Below, in pieces: positions 16,055-16,313 of a stretch of 16,313 nucleotides of DNA; positions within the stretch are counted from its first letter, which is position 1, and each line of letters opens with the position of its first letter. The stretch lies in IMG/VR virus record IMGVR_UViG_2609459861_000002, positions 1 through 16,313 of that record; one strand, 5' to 3'. The position numbers and the translations under genes were made by a program. The notes beneath the pieces are model-generated. The model ran no database searches. It had not been told where the DNA came from and saw only the letters and a program-made list of their open reading frames with translations. The DNA is from a virus. Taxonomy: Duplodnaviria > Heunggongvirae > Uroviricota > Caudoviricetes.

Positions 16055-16313
16055 GGTGATGCTGCCAACTTACTGATTTAGTGTATGATGGTGTTTTTGA
16101 GGTGCTCCAGTGGCTTCTGTTTCTATCAGCTGTCCCTCCTGTTCAGCTACTGACGGGGTGGTGCGTAACGGCAAAAGCACCGCCGGACATCAGCGCTATC
16201 TCTGCTCTCACTGCCGTAAAACATGGCAACTGCAGTTCACTTACACCGCTTCTCAACCCGGTACGCACCAGAAAATCATTGATATGGCCATGAATGGCGT
16301 TGGATGCCGGGCA
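16055..16313 (+). mobile_element. IS1 insertion sequence, left end (partial, runs off the window)
   Basis: From GGTGATGCTGCCAACTTACTGAT (the IS1 terminal inverted repeat) onward the sequence matches IS1 as I remember it, through the insA 5' region. Confidence 0.92.
16110..16313 (+). CDS. insA: IS1 InsA (partial, 5' portion)
   Basis: GTG start at 16110; hand translation gives [68 protein letters not shown], the InsA N-terminus. Missed by the ORF track because it has no stop inside the window. Confidence 0.88.
   Translation, partial: MASVSISCPSCSATDGVVRNGKSTAGHQRYLCSHCRKTWQLQFTYTASQPGTHQKIIDMAMNGVGCRA

Noticed and set aside
16081-16293. 70-aa plus-strand ORF near the window end
   Set aside because: Wrong frame within IS1; the real gene is insA from the GTG at 16110, which the track missed for lack of a stop.
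1-16313. CRISPR array, toxin-antitoxin pair, restriction-modification or other multi-gene defence cassette
   Set aside because: No direct-repeat/spacer periodicity seen; the only methyltransferase is 5'-truncated and has no adjacent nuclease; every ORF over about 100 codons is accounted for by a recognisable phage or host family. I cannot support a defence-system claim from this sequence.

Overview
The window runs from the chromosomal proA gene and tRNA-Thr (thrW-type) into a heavily degraded lambdoid prophage integrated at the tRNA 3' end. Left arm, minus strand: integrase, excisionase, three small genes (one a TraR/DksA-type zinc-finger protein) and a 5'-truncated phage Dam-type methyltransferase. 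This abuts, head-to-head, the rightward late region: rusA, ylcG, a Q antiterminator, an antisense porin moron (NmpC/Lc-like), a phage-21-type lysis cassette (dual-start pinholin, SAR endolysin, Rz with embedded Rz1), bor, a candidate cos site, a Nu1-type small terminase, a truncated gpA-type large terminase fused to a short foreign C-terminus, lom, a 1252-aa mosaic side tail fibre, a tfa 3' remnant and the left end of an IS1 (partial insA). No repressor/immunity, replication or head/tail morphogenesis genes are present, so this reads as a cryptic prophage remnant kept mainly as morons plus a lysis cassette. I found no CRISPR array and no recognisable multi-gene defence system. The most interesting objects are the three-module tail fibre with a C-terminal self-cleaving chaperone domain, the two deletion junctions, and a GC-rich block with long G homopolymers next to the candidate cos. 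All calls rest on reading the ORF translations and sequence by eye against remembered protein families; nothing was searched or computed.
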